DNA of 64,000 nt, from the NCBI GenBank assembly GCA_963795745.1, contig CAWCIT010000008.1, positions 184,232-248,231 on the forward strand. Direction: 5' to 3'. Both the position numbers and the translations under genes were made by a program. Shown here one piece after another: positions 34,283 through 42,401 of this stretch. The stretch comes from an uncultured Solirubrobacterales bacterium (GTDB taxonomy: Bacteria; Actinomycetota; Thermoleophilia; Solirubrobacterales; Solirubrobacteraceae). Position 1 is the stretch's first letter; each line of letters begins with the position of its first letter. The notes beneath the pieces are model-generated. The model made no database searches. It was not told the origin of the DNA and was given only the letters and a program-made list of their open reading frames with translations.

Positions 34283-35022
34283 CGCCCTACGCTACAGCCA
34301 GATCGTGGAGTGCGGTCAGGAAGACGCGCTGTCGAATTCCTCGGCGGTGATCTCGCCGCGTTGTAGGGCAAGGGCGATCGCGTGGGGGCGCGTTTGCGCT
34401 CCCAGTTTGACCAGGACGTGCTGCAGGTGCGTGCGGACGGTGTCTGGCGAGATGAAGAGCTCGGCGGCGATCTGCGGGCCGCTTTCGCCGACCGCGACGC
34501 GCAGAAGGATCTCACGCTCCCGCGGCGAGAGGCGTTTGCCGCCGGTGGTGGCGGGGACCTTCAAGGACAGGTCGGACTGCTTCATCAGGATCGAGAGGTG
34601 GAGGCCCGGCACGAAGTTCGGCGTCGCGCTGTACTCGACCGTGATCGCGCGTGGATTTGGCCGTGCACAGCTCCCAGGTGCCCTCACGGGCGGCAGTGGC
34701 CGAGAGGAATTCGGGCCAGGTCGTCTCGAGTAGGTCTTGGTCCTGGTCAGGCGTGAAGTCATCGATTCGCTTGCCGATGATCTCCTCGTGGGGGCACTCC
34801 AGCAGCAGGCCGCTGGCCTGGTTGCAGTCCACGTAGACGCGAGCGTTGTTGACGATCAGCATCGCGTTACGGGTCCGCTCGAACACCGCCTCGAGGTGGT
34901 CGTGGCGCCAGTCGCGCGCCGAGCGGAACCCGGAATCGCGGCCAGGAGCGAACCAGGGACTGGCCGGTGGGTCGGGTACGCCCCGGAATTGCCGGGCTGG
35001 GAACTCGGACACGAATACTCCT
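34283..35022. repeat. Segmental duplication, copy 2 (uninterrupted by IS)
   Basis: See copy 1 (31725..32428 plus 33904..33950). Confidence 0.85.
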
Positions 35023-35048
35023 CGAAGGGACGGCGCGGCGGAGCACAA
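34316..35048 (-). pseudogene. PAS-LuxR regulator, copy 2, disrupted by a 1-nt insertion (or a sequencing error)
   Basis: It is split over ORFs 34512..35048 and 34316..34762. Relative to copy 1 (cgaccgtgatgcgcgtgg), copy 2 reads cgaccgtgatCgcgcgtgg, with the extra c near 34646. This breaks the frame between ...CTAKSTR and ITVEYSATPNF.... Confidence 0.7.
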
Positions 35049-35176
35049 GGTCCGAGCGCGATACAGGCCGACCCCGAAGCATCCATTTGCTGGGCTGAAT
35101 CCTATCGCGTCTGGAAGCTCGCTAACCCTAAGTAAACGGGGATCAGCTAGCTAAAACTCTAACTATCCTGGGGCGG

Positions 35177-35235
35177 ATACGTAAATCGGGGATGCGAATA
35201 CGTCAATCCGGGACGCGAAATACGTCAATAGGGGA
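35177..35235. promoter_or_regulatory. Three direct repeats ATACGT[AC]AAT[n1-2]GGGA spaced 21-22 bp apart, in a low-GC intergenic region
   Basis: The repeats are atacgtaaatcgggga (35177-35192), atacgtcaatccggga (35198-35213) and atacgtcaatagggga (35220-35235). They lie between the LuxR copy 2 (divergent) and the 35462 surface-protein gene. Confidence 0.5.
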
Positions 35236-35461
35236 ACGGCAACGCTGCGGTTTGGGGTACTGCACTAGTAGGCATCGCGACTCTCGAAACCAGGAACCCG
35301 TCCCTGAGTCGTAACCACGGCTGGCTCCACACCGGAGCGAGCCGCAACTAGCACACGCAGCACCGGGACACACAAGGCGGCCCCGGCACTAACGGCTCTA
35401 TCGACGACGGCCCGTCAGCAGACGGTACGCCCAAGCTCCCCAGAGGGCTTAGGAGGCAGCG

Positions 35462-36982
35462 ATGAAGTACTCCCCCGAAGCCCATGCTCGAGCAGCGCAG
35501 ACACCTACCCCTTCGTGGCGCCTGGGGGTGCTCATCGCACTGGGACTCGGTCTTGGCGCCTTCGCCTCGCAGTCCTCCGTTGCGCTGGCCCAGTCCCCCG
35601 TCTCGGCTCCCACCGCCGTCTCGGCACCCACCGCCGTCTCGGCACCCACCGCCGCCATGCCCGTCGCAGTCGTTGCCTCTGCGGCCAGTGCCAGCTCTCC
35701 GCCCGACGTGGCCGGCGCGGCCACCACCGCGTCCAGCGGCGCCTCCGAGCCTGCCGCAGCTGCCGCCGCGCCGAGTACCCCGTCCCCGGCGCCCCAGACC
35801 CCCTCTGCGCCCATCGTCGCCGCCGTCGCGCCGGTTGTCGCCGCGGCCTCTAGCGCCCCGGCCACGCCTAGCGCGCCCATCGTCGCCGCCGTCGCGCCCA
35901 GCGCCCCCGCCACGCCGGCAGTCGCCGCGGCCTCTAGCGCCCCGGCCACGCCTAGCGCGCCCATCGTCGCCGCCTCCCCGCCGGCGACCTCGCCCTCCTC
36001 TGCGCCGGCCGCTGTCCCCCCGCCGCCTAGCGGCCCCCCCGCGTCCAACGCGACCGGCGCGCCCATAGTCGCCTCCACCGCCGCGCCCAGCACCTCCGGC
36101 GCACCGACCCCCGCCGCTGCCATGCCCATCGTCGCTGTAGCCGCACCCGTCGCCCCAAAGCGATCGATTGCCCGCGCAGCCGCCGTGAACGCGGCCGCTC
36201 CGGTCATCGGAACGGTGGATCAGTGCAACAACACGGGCTCCGTCGGGGGCGACACGATCAAGTGCAAGGTCACCGTCACGAATAACTTCGCCTACAACGC
36301 GGCGACGCCCAATAGCCCGACCGGGCTGGCGACGATCGTCACCGAGATCAACTGCACGGGGTCGGCGGTCTGCCCGACCGGGGGCACCACGACCTCGACG
36401 ACCCCGGTGACCAACGTCGATCAATGCAACAACGCCGGCCTGGGCGGAGCCAGCACGGTGACCTGCACCGTGACCGTCACCAACAACCTCACGGGCTACC
36501 CCGTCGGCTCCGCGAGCGACTCCACCGTCGCGCAATGCCAGACGCCCGGCGTAGTCGGCACACTGACCTGCGTCGCCACCCCGCCCGGCAACAACCGCTC
36601 CGGTACCGCCGGCCCCGGCGGGCAAAGCGTCAACCAGTGCAACAGCTCCGGCGGGGCGGGCGGCACCCTGACCTGCACCGCCACGGCTCCTCCCACCCAG
36701 AGCACCGGGCTGCCCATCACGATCAACCAATGCAACGCCTCCGGCAAGACCGGCGCCAGCACCGTCACCTGCACCGCCACGATCACCAACAACTTCAAAG
36801 ACAGCATCCCCGCCGTCGTCGTGCCGCCCGTCGTGACGCCGCCGGTCGTCACGCCCGCCGGTCCCCGTCGTGACGCCGCCCGTCGTCACGCCGCCGGTGC
36901 CCGTCGTGACGCCGCCCGTCGTACGCCCCCGGTGCCCGTCGTGACGCCGCCCGTCGTTACGCCCGCCGGTCGCCCGTCGTGA
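35462..36982 (+). CDS. Secreted Ala/Pro-rich protein with 4-5 novel QCN-type Cys-hairpin repeats. It is probably the 5' part of a single LPXTG surface-protein gene (35462..37618) that is broken in its repeat stalk
   Basis: AGGAGG lies 5 nt before ATG 35462. Signal peptide: WRLGVLIALGLGLGAFASQSSVALA. The N-region has SAPTAV x3 and AAASSAPATPSAPIVAAVAP x3 repeats. The repeated modules are VDQCNNTGSVGGDTIKCKVTVTNNF, VDQCNNAGLGGASTVTCTVTVTNNL, VAQCQTPGVVGTLTCVATPPGNN, VNQCNSSGGAGGTLTCTATAP and INQCNASGKTGASTVTCTATITNNF. A PVVTPP stalk follows, in which the frame is lost. Confidence 0.7.
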   Translation: MKYSPEAHARAAQTPTPSWRLGVLIALGLGLGAFASQSSVALAQSPVSAPTAVSAPTAVSAPTAAMPVAVVASAASASSPPDVAGAATTASSGASEPAAAAAAPSTPSPAPQTPSAPIVAAVAPVVAAASSAPATPSAPIVAAVAPSAPATPAVAAASSAPATPSAPIVAASPPATSPSSAPAAVPPPPSGPPASNATGAPIVASTAAPSTSGAPTPAAAMPIVAVAAPVAPKRSIARAAAVNAAAPVIGTVDQCNNTGSVGGDTIKCKVTVTNNFAYNAATPNSPTGLATIVTEINCTGSAVCPTGGTTTSTTPVTNVDQCNNAGLGGASTVTCTVTVTNNLTGYPVGSASDSTVAQCQTPGVVGTLTCVATPPGNNRSGTAGPGGQSVNQCNSSGGAGGTLTCTATAPPTQSTGLPITINQCNASGKTGASTVTCTATITNNFKDSIPAVVVPPVVTPPVVTPAGPRRDAARRHAAGARRDAARRTPPVPVVTPPVVTPAGRPS

Positions 36983-37232
36983 CGCCGCCCGTCGTTACGC
37001 CGCCGGTCCCCGTCGTGACGCCCCCCGTCGTCACGCCCGCCGGTCGCCCGTCGTGACGCCGCCCGTCGTACGCCCCCGGTCGCCCGTCGTGACGCCGCCC
37101 GTCGTCACGCCGCCGGTGCCCGTCGTGACGCCGCCCGTCGTCGACGCCGCCGGTCGCCCGTCGTGACGCCGCCCGTCGTCACGCCCGCCGGTCGCCCGTC
37201 GTGACGCCGCCCGTCGTCACGCCCCCCGGTCA
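36811..37232 (+). repeat. Degenerate ~36-bp tandem repeats encoding (PVVTPP)n, with unit-length variants that break the reading frame
   Basis: The unit cccgtcgtgacgccgcccgtcgtcacgccgccggtg recurs about 11 times. Several units are 35 or 37 nt (for example ...acgcccgccggtcgcccgtcgtga..., ...gtcgtacgcccccggt...). Stops therefore appear in every frame (ORFs end at 36873 and 36982). Confidence 0.85.
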
Positions 37233-37285
37233 CCACAGTCCCCCGTCGCCCCGTCCCTGTCGCCACCGTCCCGGTCGCGGTTGCC

Positions 37286-37618
37286 GTGCCCGCGGTCGTC
37301 CCGCTCCCGGCTGCTTCATTGCCGGTCACGTCACCGGCGGTTCGTCATGTCGCCCACCGTTATGCCGTCACGACGCACCCCATCTCGACGTCGATGCCGA
37401 CCAAGAGGGAGGCCATTGAGCTCGCGGCGGTCCCCGTGCCGCCCGCGGATAGCGGCGCGGCGAGCACTAGCCAGACGCGGCGCGGCGTAGCCACGAGCTC
37501 GGCCACCTTGCCGTTCACGGGACTCAACGTCATGTGGCTGCTGGTCGGCGGAGTGATCCTGCTGGCGGCAGGGGTGGCGTTGCGGCGCTTCGGCTCGCGT
37601 CGCCAGGGAGTTGAGTGA
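37286..37618 (+). CDS. C-terminal cell-wall sorting signal segment (LPFTG + TM helix + basic tail); a likely 3' part of the broken surface-protein gene
   Basis: ...SSATLPFTGLNVMWLLVGGVILLAAGVALRRFGSRRQGVE followed by a stop. This is the canonical LPXTG / hydrophobic / Arg-rich tripartite sortase signal. The same frame is open upstream into the P/V/T-rich stalk (VTTVPRRPVPVATVPVAVAVPAVVPLP). Confidence 0.6.
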   Translation: MPAVVPLPAASLPVTSPAVRHVAHRYAVTTHPISTSMPTKREAIELAAVPVPPADSGAASTSQTRRGVATSSATLPFTGLNVMWLLVGGVILLAAGVALRRFGSRRQGVE

Positions 37619-37797
37619 TGCTAGCCACCGTCTTTATGATCCTCGCCGCCTGGACGGGCGTGAGCCTGCTGGTCGGTGTCCTCCTCGTGCAAGGTTGGGG
37701 GAGACGCAGGTGCATGCCTGCGGGCCCTCCGATGGCGAATCCCGCCTACCCAGACCTTCACGCCAGCCCGGTCGAGCTTCGGCAAGGAGCGGGCTAA
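37615..37797 (+). CDS. Small hydrophobic ORF (one TM helix), hypothetical; it ends 3 nt before the IS1380 inverted repeat
   Basis: MLATVFMILAAWTGVSLLVGVLLVQGW. The start overlaps the stop of the LPXTG segment (GTGATG). The stop TAA is at 37795-37797. Confidence 0.3.
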   Translation: MMLATVFMILAAWTGVSLLVGVLLVQGWGRRRCMPAGPPMANPAYPDLHASPVELRQGAG

Positions 37798-37800
37798 GCG

Positions 37801-39430
37801 CGGATCCACCGATCGTGTAGGCCGGTTCCGTCCGGTCGTTGCAGAAGAATGACCTCCAGTGCAGGGCTTTTACGGCTGTTGGCGGCAGCCGGGGCCTGCA
37901 ACGGGAGGTCACCTTCGTGGTGCACGATGACAGGCCGGTCGGACTGGACGGGGTCGAGGTCGTTTTTGATGATGAGAAGGTCGTCTCGGACGCGGGTGTG
38001 ATGCTCGTCGCGACGCTCGCCGGGCGCCTCGGGATTGAGGCGTTGGCGGTGGATCTCGTGCGGCTGCGCCCGGGTCGGCCGGGGCCGGCGAACGCGGGGC
38101 GCAAGATCATGGCGCTCGTGTTCGCGATGATCTTGGGCGCTGACAGCATCGATGACTGCCAGGTGCTCCGGGCGGGTCGCACCGGGCGCCTGTTGGGGGG
38201 CTGGATCCCGGCACCGTCGACGTTGGGGACGTTTCTGCGGGCCTTCACCTTCGGGCATGTCAGGCAGCTCGACGCGCTGTTGGGCCGGTCGATCGAGCGG
38301 GCGTGGAAGGCCGGCGCCGGCCCCGGCGAGGGGCGGCTGGTCGTCGATGTCGACAGCTTCGTCGGCGAGGTCTGCGGTCGGTTGAAGCAGGGCGCCAGCT
38401 ACGGCTACACCCGGCTGCTGGGCTACCACCCGCTGCTCGCGACCAGGGCGGACACCAGGGAGACGCTGCACATCCGGCTGCGGAAGGGCTCAGCGAACAC
38501 GCAGCGGGGCATGAAGCGCTTCACCGAGGAGCTGATCGCCCGGGTCAACCGCGCCGGCGCGAACGGCGTGAAGCTCCTCCGCGCAGATTCGGGGTTCTGG
38601 AACACGAAGGTCTTCGAGCTCCTCGAGAACGCGGGCTGGGAATACTCGATCGGGGTGCGGATGATCAAGACCGTCCGCGCTGCGGTCGATCAGATCGCTG
38701 AGGACGCCTGGCAGACGATCGCCTACCCCGATGAGGGCGAGGCGCAGATCGCCGAGACCGTCTACGGCGGCCGGCGCCTGGTCGTCCGGCGGACCCGCCT
38801 GACCGGGGCCAAGCAGGCCGAGCTGTGGCCCGACTGGCGACACTTCTGCTTCCTCACCAACCGCACGGAGGCCGTCGTGCTTGTCGAGGCTGAGCACCGC
38901 GATCACGCCGTCGTTGAGCAGGTCATCAGCGACCTCAAGGACCAGGCGCTCGCGCACTTCCCCTCCGGCGAGTTCAACGCCAACGGCGCCTGGACCGTGC
39001 TCGCCGCCCTCGCGCACAACCTGCTGCGCTGGACCCAGCTCCTCGGCCTGCCCGACACCACAATCCGCGCCGCCCGCACCCTGCGCCGCCGGCTCCTCCA
39101 GATCCCGGGGCGGTTGACGAGCCACGCCCGCGGCTGGACGCTTCACCTCCCCGCCCGCTGGCCCTGGCACGGCGACTACATCGCGGCCCTGAACCGCATC
39201 CGCGCCCTCCCAGCCCCGGCCTGAACGCCGACCACCGACACCGACGACGAGCAGCACACCCCGGGCACACCACCCGCGATCACCCCTGCCCGCGAACCCT
39301 CCAGAAGATCCCCGCTGCGGACGTCAACAACCCGCCCGCCCCGATCACACCGCCAAAACCAACGCCACACCCAGCCCCGACGCCGCCAGCCCCACCTCAG
39401 GCGACCCACCGACCTCGATCGGTGGATCCG
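37801..39430 (+). mobile_element. IS1380-family insertion sequence with perfect 15-bp terminal inverted repeats (CGGATCCACCGATCG)
   Basis: cggatccaccgatcg at 37801-37815 and its exact reverse complement cgatcggtggatccg at 39416-39430 bracket the transposase ORF. I could not see a clear target-site duplication. Confidence 0.8.
37839..39224 (+). CDS. IS1380-family DDE transposase
   Basis: VSDAGVMLVATLAGRLGIEAL, LGADSIDDCQVLR, VVDVDSF, GYHPLLA, LRADSGFW, HFCFLTN, AEHRDHAVVEQVISDLKDQALAHFPSGEFNANGAW: the characteristic IS1380 blocks. The start may be an internal GTG near 37917. Confidence 0.85.
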   Translation: MQKNDLQCRAFTAVGGSRGLQREVTFVVHDDRPVGLDGVEVVFDDEKVVSDAGVMLVATLAGRLGIEALAVDLVRLRPGRPGPANAGRKIMALVFAMILGADSIDDCQVLRAGRTGRLLGGWIPAPSTLGTFLRAFTFGHVRQLDALLGRSIERAWKAGAGPGEGRLVVDVDSFVGEVCGRLKQGASYGYTRLLGYHPLLATRADTRETLHIRLRKGSANTQRGMKRFTEELIARVNRAGANGVKLLRADSGFWNTKVFELLENAGWEYSIGVRMIKTVRAAVDQIAEDAWQTIAYPDEGEAQIAETVYGGRRLVVRRTRLTGAKQAELWPDWRHFCFLTNRTEAVVLVEAEHRDHAVVEQVISDLKDQALAHFPSGEFNANGAWTVLAALAHNLLRWTQLLGLPDTTIRAARTLRRRLLQIPGRLTSHARGWTLHLPARWPWHGDYIAALNRIRALPAPA

Positions 39431-39800
39431 GGCTCATATGGATGAGCGTTTGTCAAGGGGTAGCGCTGATTTTCCGTGGGGCGGCTGGGGGTTGCGGGCG
39501 GGGGTGGCGTGGGCGGTTCCCGGGGCGGGCACGAGCGAAGGTCCGGCGTGTTCGACCGATCTTGGTCAGGCTCATATCGGTTATGAAAGGGAGGCTGTCC
39601 TGGCCGGCGAAGTACTGGGCACCGGAACTGGGGCAGTGGGGAGCAAAGGTCAAGGGCAGGCCGTCGCGCATATGGGCTTTGAGCCCGAGCTGATATCTGG
39701 CCGCCCCTGCGACTTGTCCGGTTGCGCTTCGAGCGCGAATCCGTAGGTGTCGTGTTGCCCGGCCCTCCCCATCGGTTGTCGTCGATGAAAGGAGCTTGAG

Positions 39801-40997
39801 ATGGGACGGACGGTGGCGCTTGATGTGCATAAGCGCTTTGCCGAGGTCGCGGTGCACGAGAACGGCGAGGTCCGCCGCGTGGGGCGCGTCGAGACCAAGG
39901 AGCTCGGCGCTTTCGCTGATTCGCTGCGGCCTGATGATCATGTGGTGCTGGAGTCGACGTCGATGACGTGGGCGATCGCGGAGCTTCTGGCGCGGCGCGC
40001 GGGACGGGTCACGGTGTCCAATCCGATGCGCACGAAGGCGATCGCGTCGGCGAAGGTGAAGTCCGACAAGGTCGACGCGCGGGTCCTGGCGCAGTTGGGT
40101 GCGGCGGACTTTCTGCCGGAGGTGTGGGCGCCTGACGAGCAGACCAGGGAGCTGCGGCGGCGGATCGCTCACCGCTCGAGCTTGGTGCGCCAGCGCACGA
40201 GGCTGCGCAACCAGATCCACGCCGTGCTGGCGCGCAATCTGATCGATCTGGACGTCAGCGACGTGTTTGGCCACAAGGGTCGCCGGCTGCTCGCCGGGGT
40301 CGTGCTGGCCGCGCATGAGCGCGACCAGGTCGATTCGGCGCTGCGGCTGCATGACGCGCTGACCGCGGAGATTGAGCTCGCTGAGCAGCCGTTGGCGCGT
40401 CGCGCTCTTGACGATGAAGGGGTGCGGCGGCTGATGACGATCCCCGGGGTCGGGTCGATCACGGCGCTCTCGATGATCGCGGTCATCGGCGACATCCACC
40501 GGTTCCCGAGCGCCCGCAACCTCGTCGGTTACGTGGGCCTGGATCCCAGGGTGCGCCAGTCGGGGGAGCGCAAGGCTCGCCACGGCCATATCTCCCGGGA
40601 GGGGCAGGCGCACGCCCGCGGCCTGTTGGTCGAGGCGGCGCACTGCGCGATCCGCACCCCCGGGCCCCTGCGCGCCTTTCACGCCCGCGTCAAGGAGCGC
40701 CGCGGGTCGCAGGTCGCGCTGTGCGCGACCGCACGCAAGCTGGCGGTGCTCTCATGGCACCTGCTCACCCGCGGCGAGGACTACCGCCATAGTGCCCAGA
40801 CCATCACGCTGCGCAAGCTCCGCACTTTGCAGCGCAAAGCCGGGGACGGCGGCCCCCGGATCAGTCTCGCCGGCGAGGCATCCCGCAAAGAGCTCGAGCG
40901 GCGTCTGCTCGAGCAAGCCGAGCGCCACTACCGAGTCGAAGTTGCCGCCTACCGGCGGCGCGGCGCGGGTGCCACCAACGGGGACGCGACTCTATGA
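39801..40997 (+). CDS. IS110-family transposase (intact-looking)
   Basis: VALDVHKRF...VVLESTSMTW (DEDD N-domain) and MTIPGVGSITALSMIAVIGDIHRFPSARNLVGYVGLDPRVRQSGE (Transposase_20 HhH domain). AAAGGAG lies upstream of ATG 39801. Confidence 0.9.
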   Translation: MGRTVALDVHKRFAEVAVHENGEVRRVGRVETKELGAFADSLRPDDHVVLESTSMTWAIAELLARRAGRVTVSNPMRTKAIASAKVKSDKVDARVLAQLGAADFLPEVWAPDEQTRELRRRIAHRSSLVRQRTRLRNQIHAVLARNLIDLDVSDVFGHKGRRLLAGVVLAAHERDQVDSALRLHDALTAEIELAEQPLARRALDDEGVRRLMTIPGVGSITALSMIAVIGDIHRFPSARNLVGYVGLDPRVRQSGERKARHGHISREGQAHARGLLVEAAHCAIRTPGPLRAFHARVKERRGSQVALCATARKLAVLSWHLLTRGEDYRHSAQTITLRKLRTLQRKAGDGGPRISLAGEASRKELERRLLEQAERHYRVEVAAYRRRGAGATNGDATL

Positions 40998-41315
40998 GGC
41001 CGTCAATGCGGCAAACGATGCGCGGCAGGCTCGAAGTCCCCAACACCTGCGCTTCTCGTTCCGGGGTCACCCGCGCCAATGAAAATGTACCCCCAGCCCT
41101 TGACGTTTTCATCCGTATGCGAGGGCTGGGTACCTCAAGACCCTTGTTCGTCGCCGGGCGCTGCATTCTAAGAACGGGCGCGGCCCAGCCCGTGGGGTTG
41201 GGTTGCCCATAGCCCGTGGTCGCGGGCCCGTGGATGGCGACGTGTCGGCCTTCGATTGCTCGTGCTCGCCCCGGCAGCCGTCGGCGCCTGGGCGGGGCGA
41301 TATGTCGTGGGGGGT

Positions 41316-42401
41316 TCAGTCGAGCGTGGCGGCCTCCCAGCAGAACGCGGCGAGTTCGCGCGCGCACGCGACGACAACGGTGCCGGTGTGCTTGCCGCGA
41401 CGGGTGCCGAGATGGCGCCAGCGTGCGTTCAGGCGCTGTTGTGCTCGCCAAGCGATCGCCACGACGCGGGGGTCCTGGCCGACTTGGCGGGCAGCGATCG
41501 TCTCACCCACGGCGGCGCGATGGTGGTAGTGATGCGCGGCTTCGACGAGCAGCCGGCGGGCGTGCGGCGGCCCGGCCTTGGTGATCTGGCCCTGCACCCG
41601 CTTGCTGTCTGAGGTGTACTCGCACGGGACGATCCCGAGGAATCCTGAGAGCAGCGCGGGCTTCTCGAACCGCTCGAACGAGCCGATCTCGGCGCACAGC
41701 CCGGCGGCGGTCAGGGTGTCGATCCCCCTGAAGCAGCGCAGCCGGGCGATCGTCTCGGCGTGACTGCTCGCCGGTACGGCTTCCTCGAGGACGCTGATCA
41801 GCGTGCCGCGGCGTTGCGCGAGCGCGTCGACCGCGCAGCGGTAGTCCAGGAACGTCGCGCGCGACAACGCGTCCTCGAAGACGAGCTTCCCAAGCCAACG
41901 CCCGTGCGGCTGCGTCCACGCCCGACCCGGGAAGCGCAGCCCGCGGCGCAGCAGAAACTTCGAGAGGCGATGCCGGGAGCGCATCAGGTCCTTGCGGGCA
42001 TCCTCGATGCAGCGCACCAAATCACGAAACCGCTCGTCGGTCTCGCTCGGCACGAACGCGAACGACAGCTCCCCGGCCGCGAACAACCGCACCAGCCGCT
42101 TCGCGTCGCGCCGGTCGGTCTTGACCCGGTCACCCGGCGACCTGGGAATCGATCCGGGCGCAACGACCCGCACATCAACACCACGCTCCGCGGCTGCCCT
42201 GGCCAGCCCAAACCCCGACGGGCCCGCCTCATACACCGCGCGCACCGGCCGCCCCAGGCCCTCAAGAAACGCCAGCACCACCAGCGCCGGCGCACCCCAC
42301 AACCGCTCCACCTGGAGCTCCCCGGTGACCGGATCGAGAACCGCCGCGACCGTCTGCGCCTGATGCACATCCAGACCCACCAGAGCCATACTCTCCGACA
42401 T
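41316..42401 (-). CDS. IS110-family transposase (a second, different member)
   Basis: MSESMALVGLDVHQAQTVAAVLD..., VYEAGPSGF, and FRGIDTLTAAGLCAEIGSFERFEKPALLSGFLGIVPCEYTSDSKRVQGQITKAG. ATG 42401 was verified. The tracked start 42464 adds 21 aa. Confidence 0.9.
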   Translation of the reverse strand: MSESMALVGLDVHQAQTVAAVLDPVTGELQVERLWGAPALVVLAFLEGLGRPVRAVYEAGPSGFGLARAAAERGVDVRVVAPGSIPRSPGDRVKTDRRDAKRLVRLFAAGELSFAFVPSETDERFRDLVRCIEDARKDLMRSRHRLSKFLLRRGLRFPGRAWTQPHGRWLGKLVFEDALSRATFLDYRCAVDALAQRRGTLISVLEEAVPASSHAETIARLRCFRGIDTLTAAGLCAEIGSFERFEKPALLSGFLGIVPCEYTSDSKRVQGQITKAGPPHARRLLVEAAHHYHHRAAVGETIAARQVGQDPRVVAIAWRAQQRLNARWRHLGTRRGKHTGTVVVACARELAAFCWEAATLD

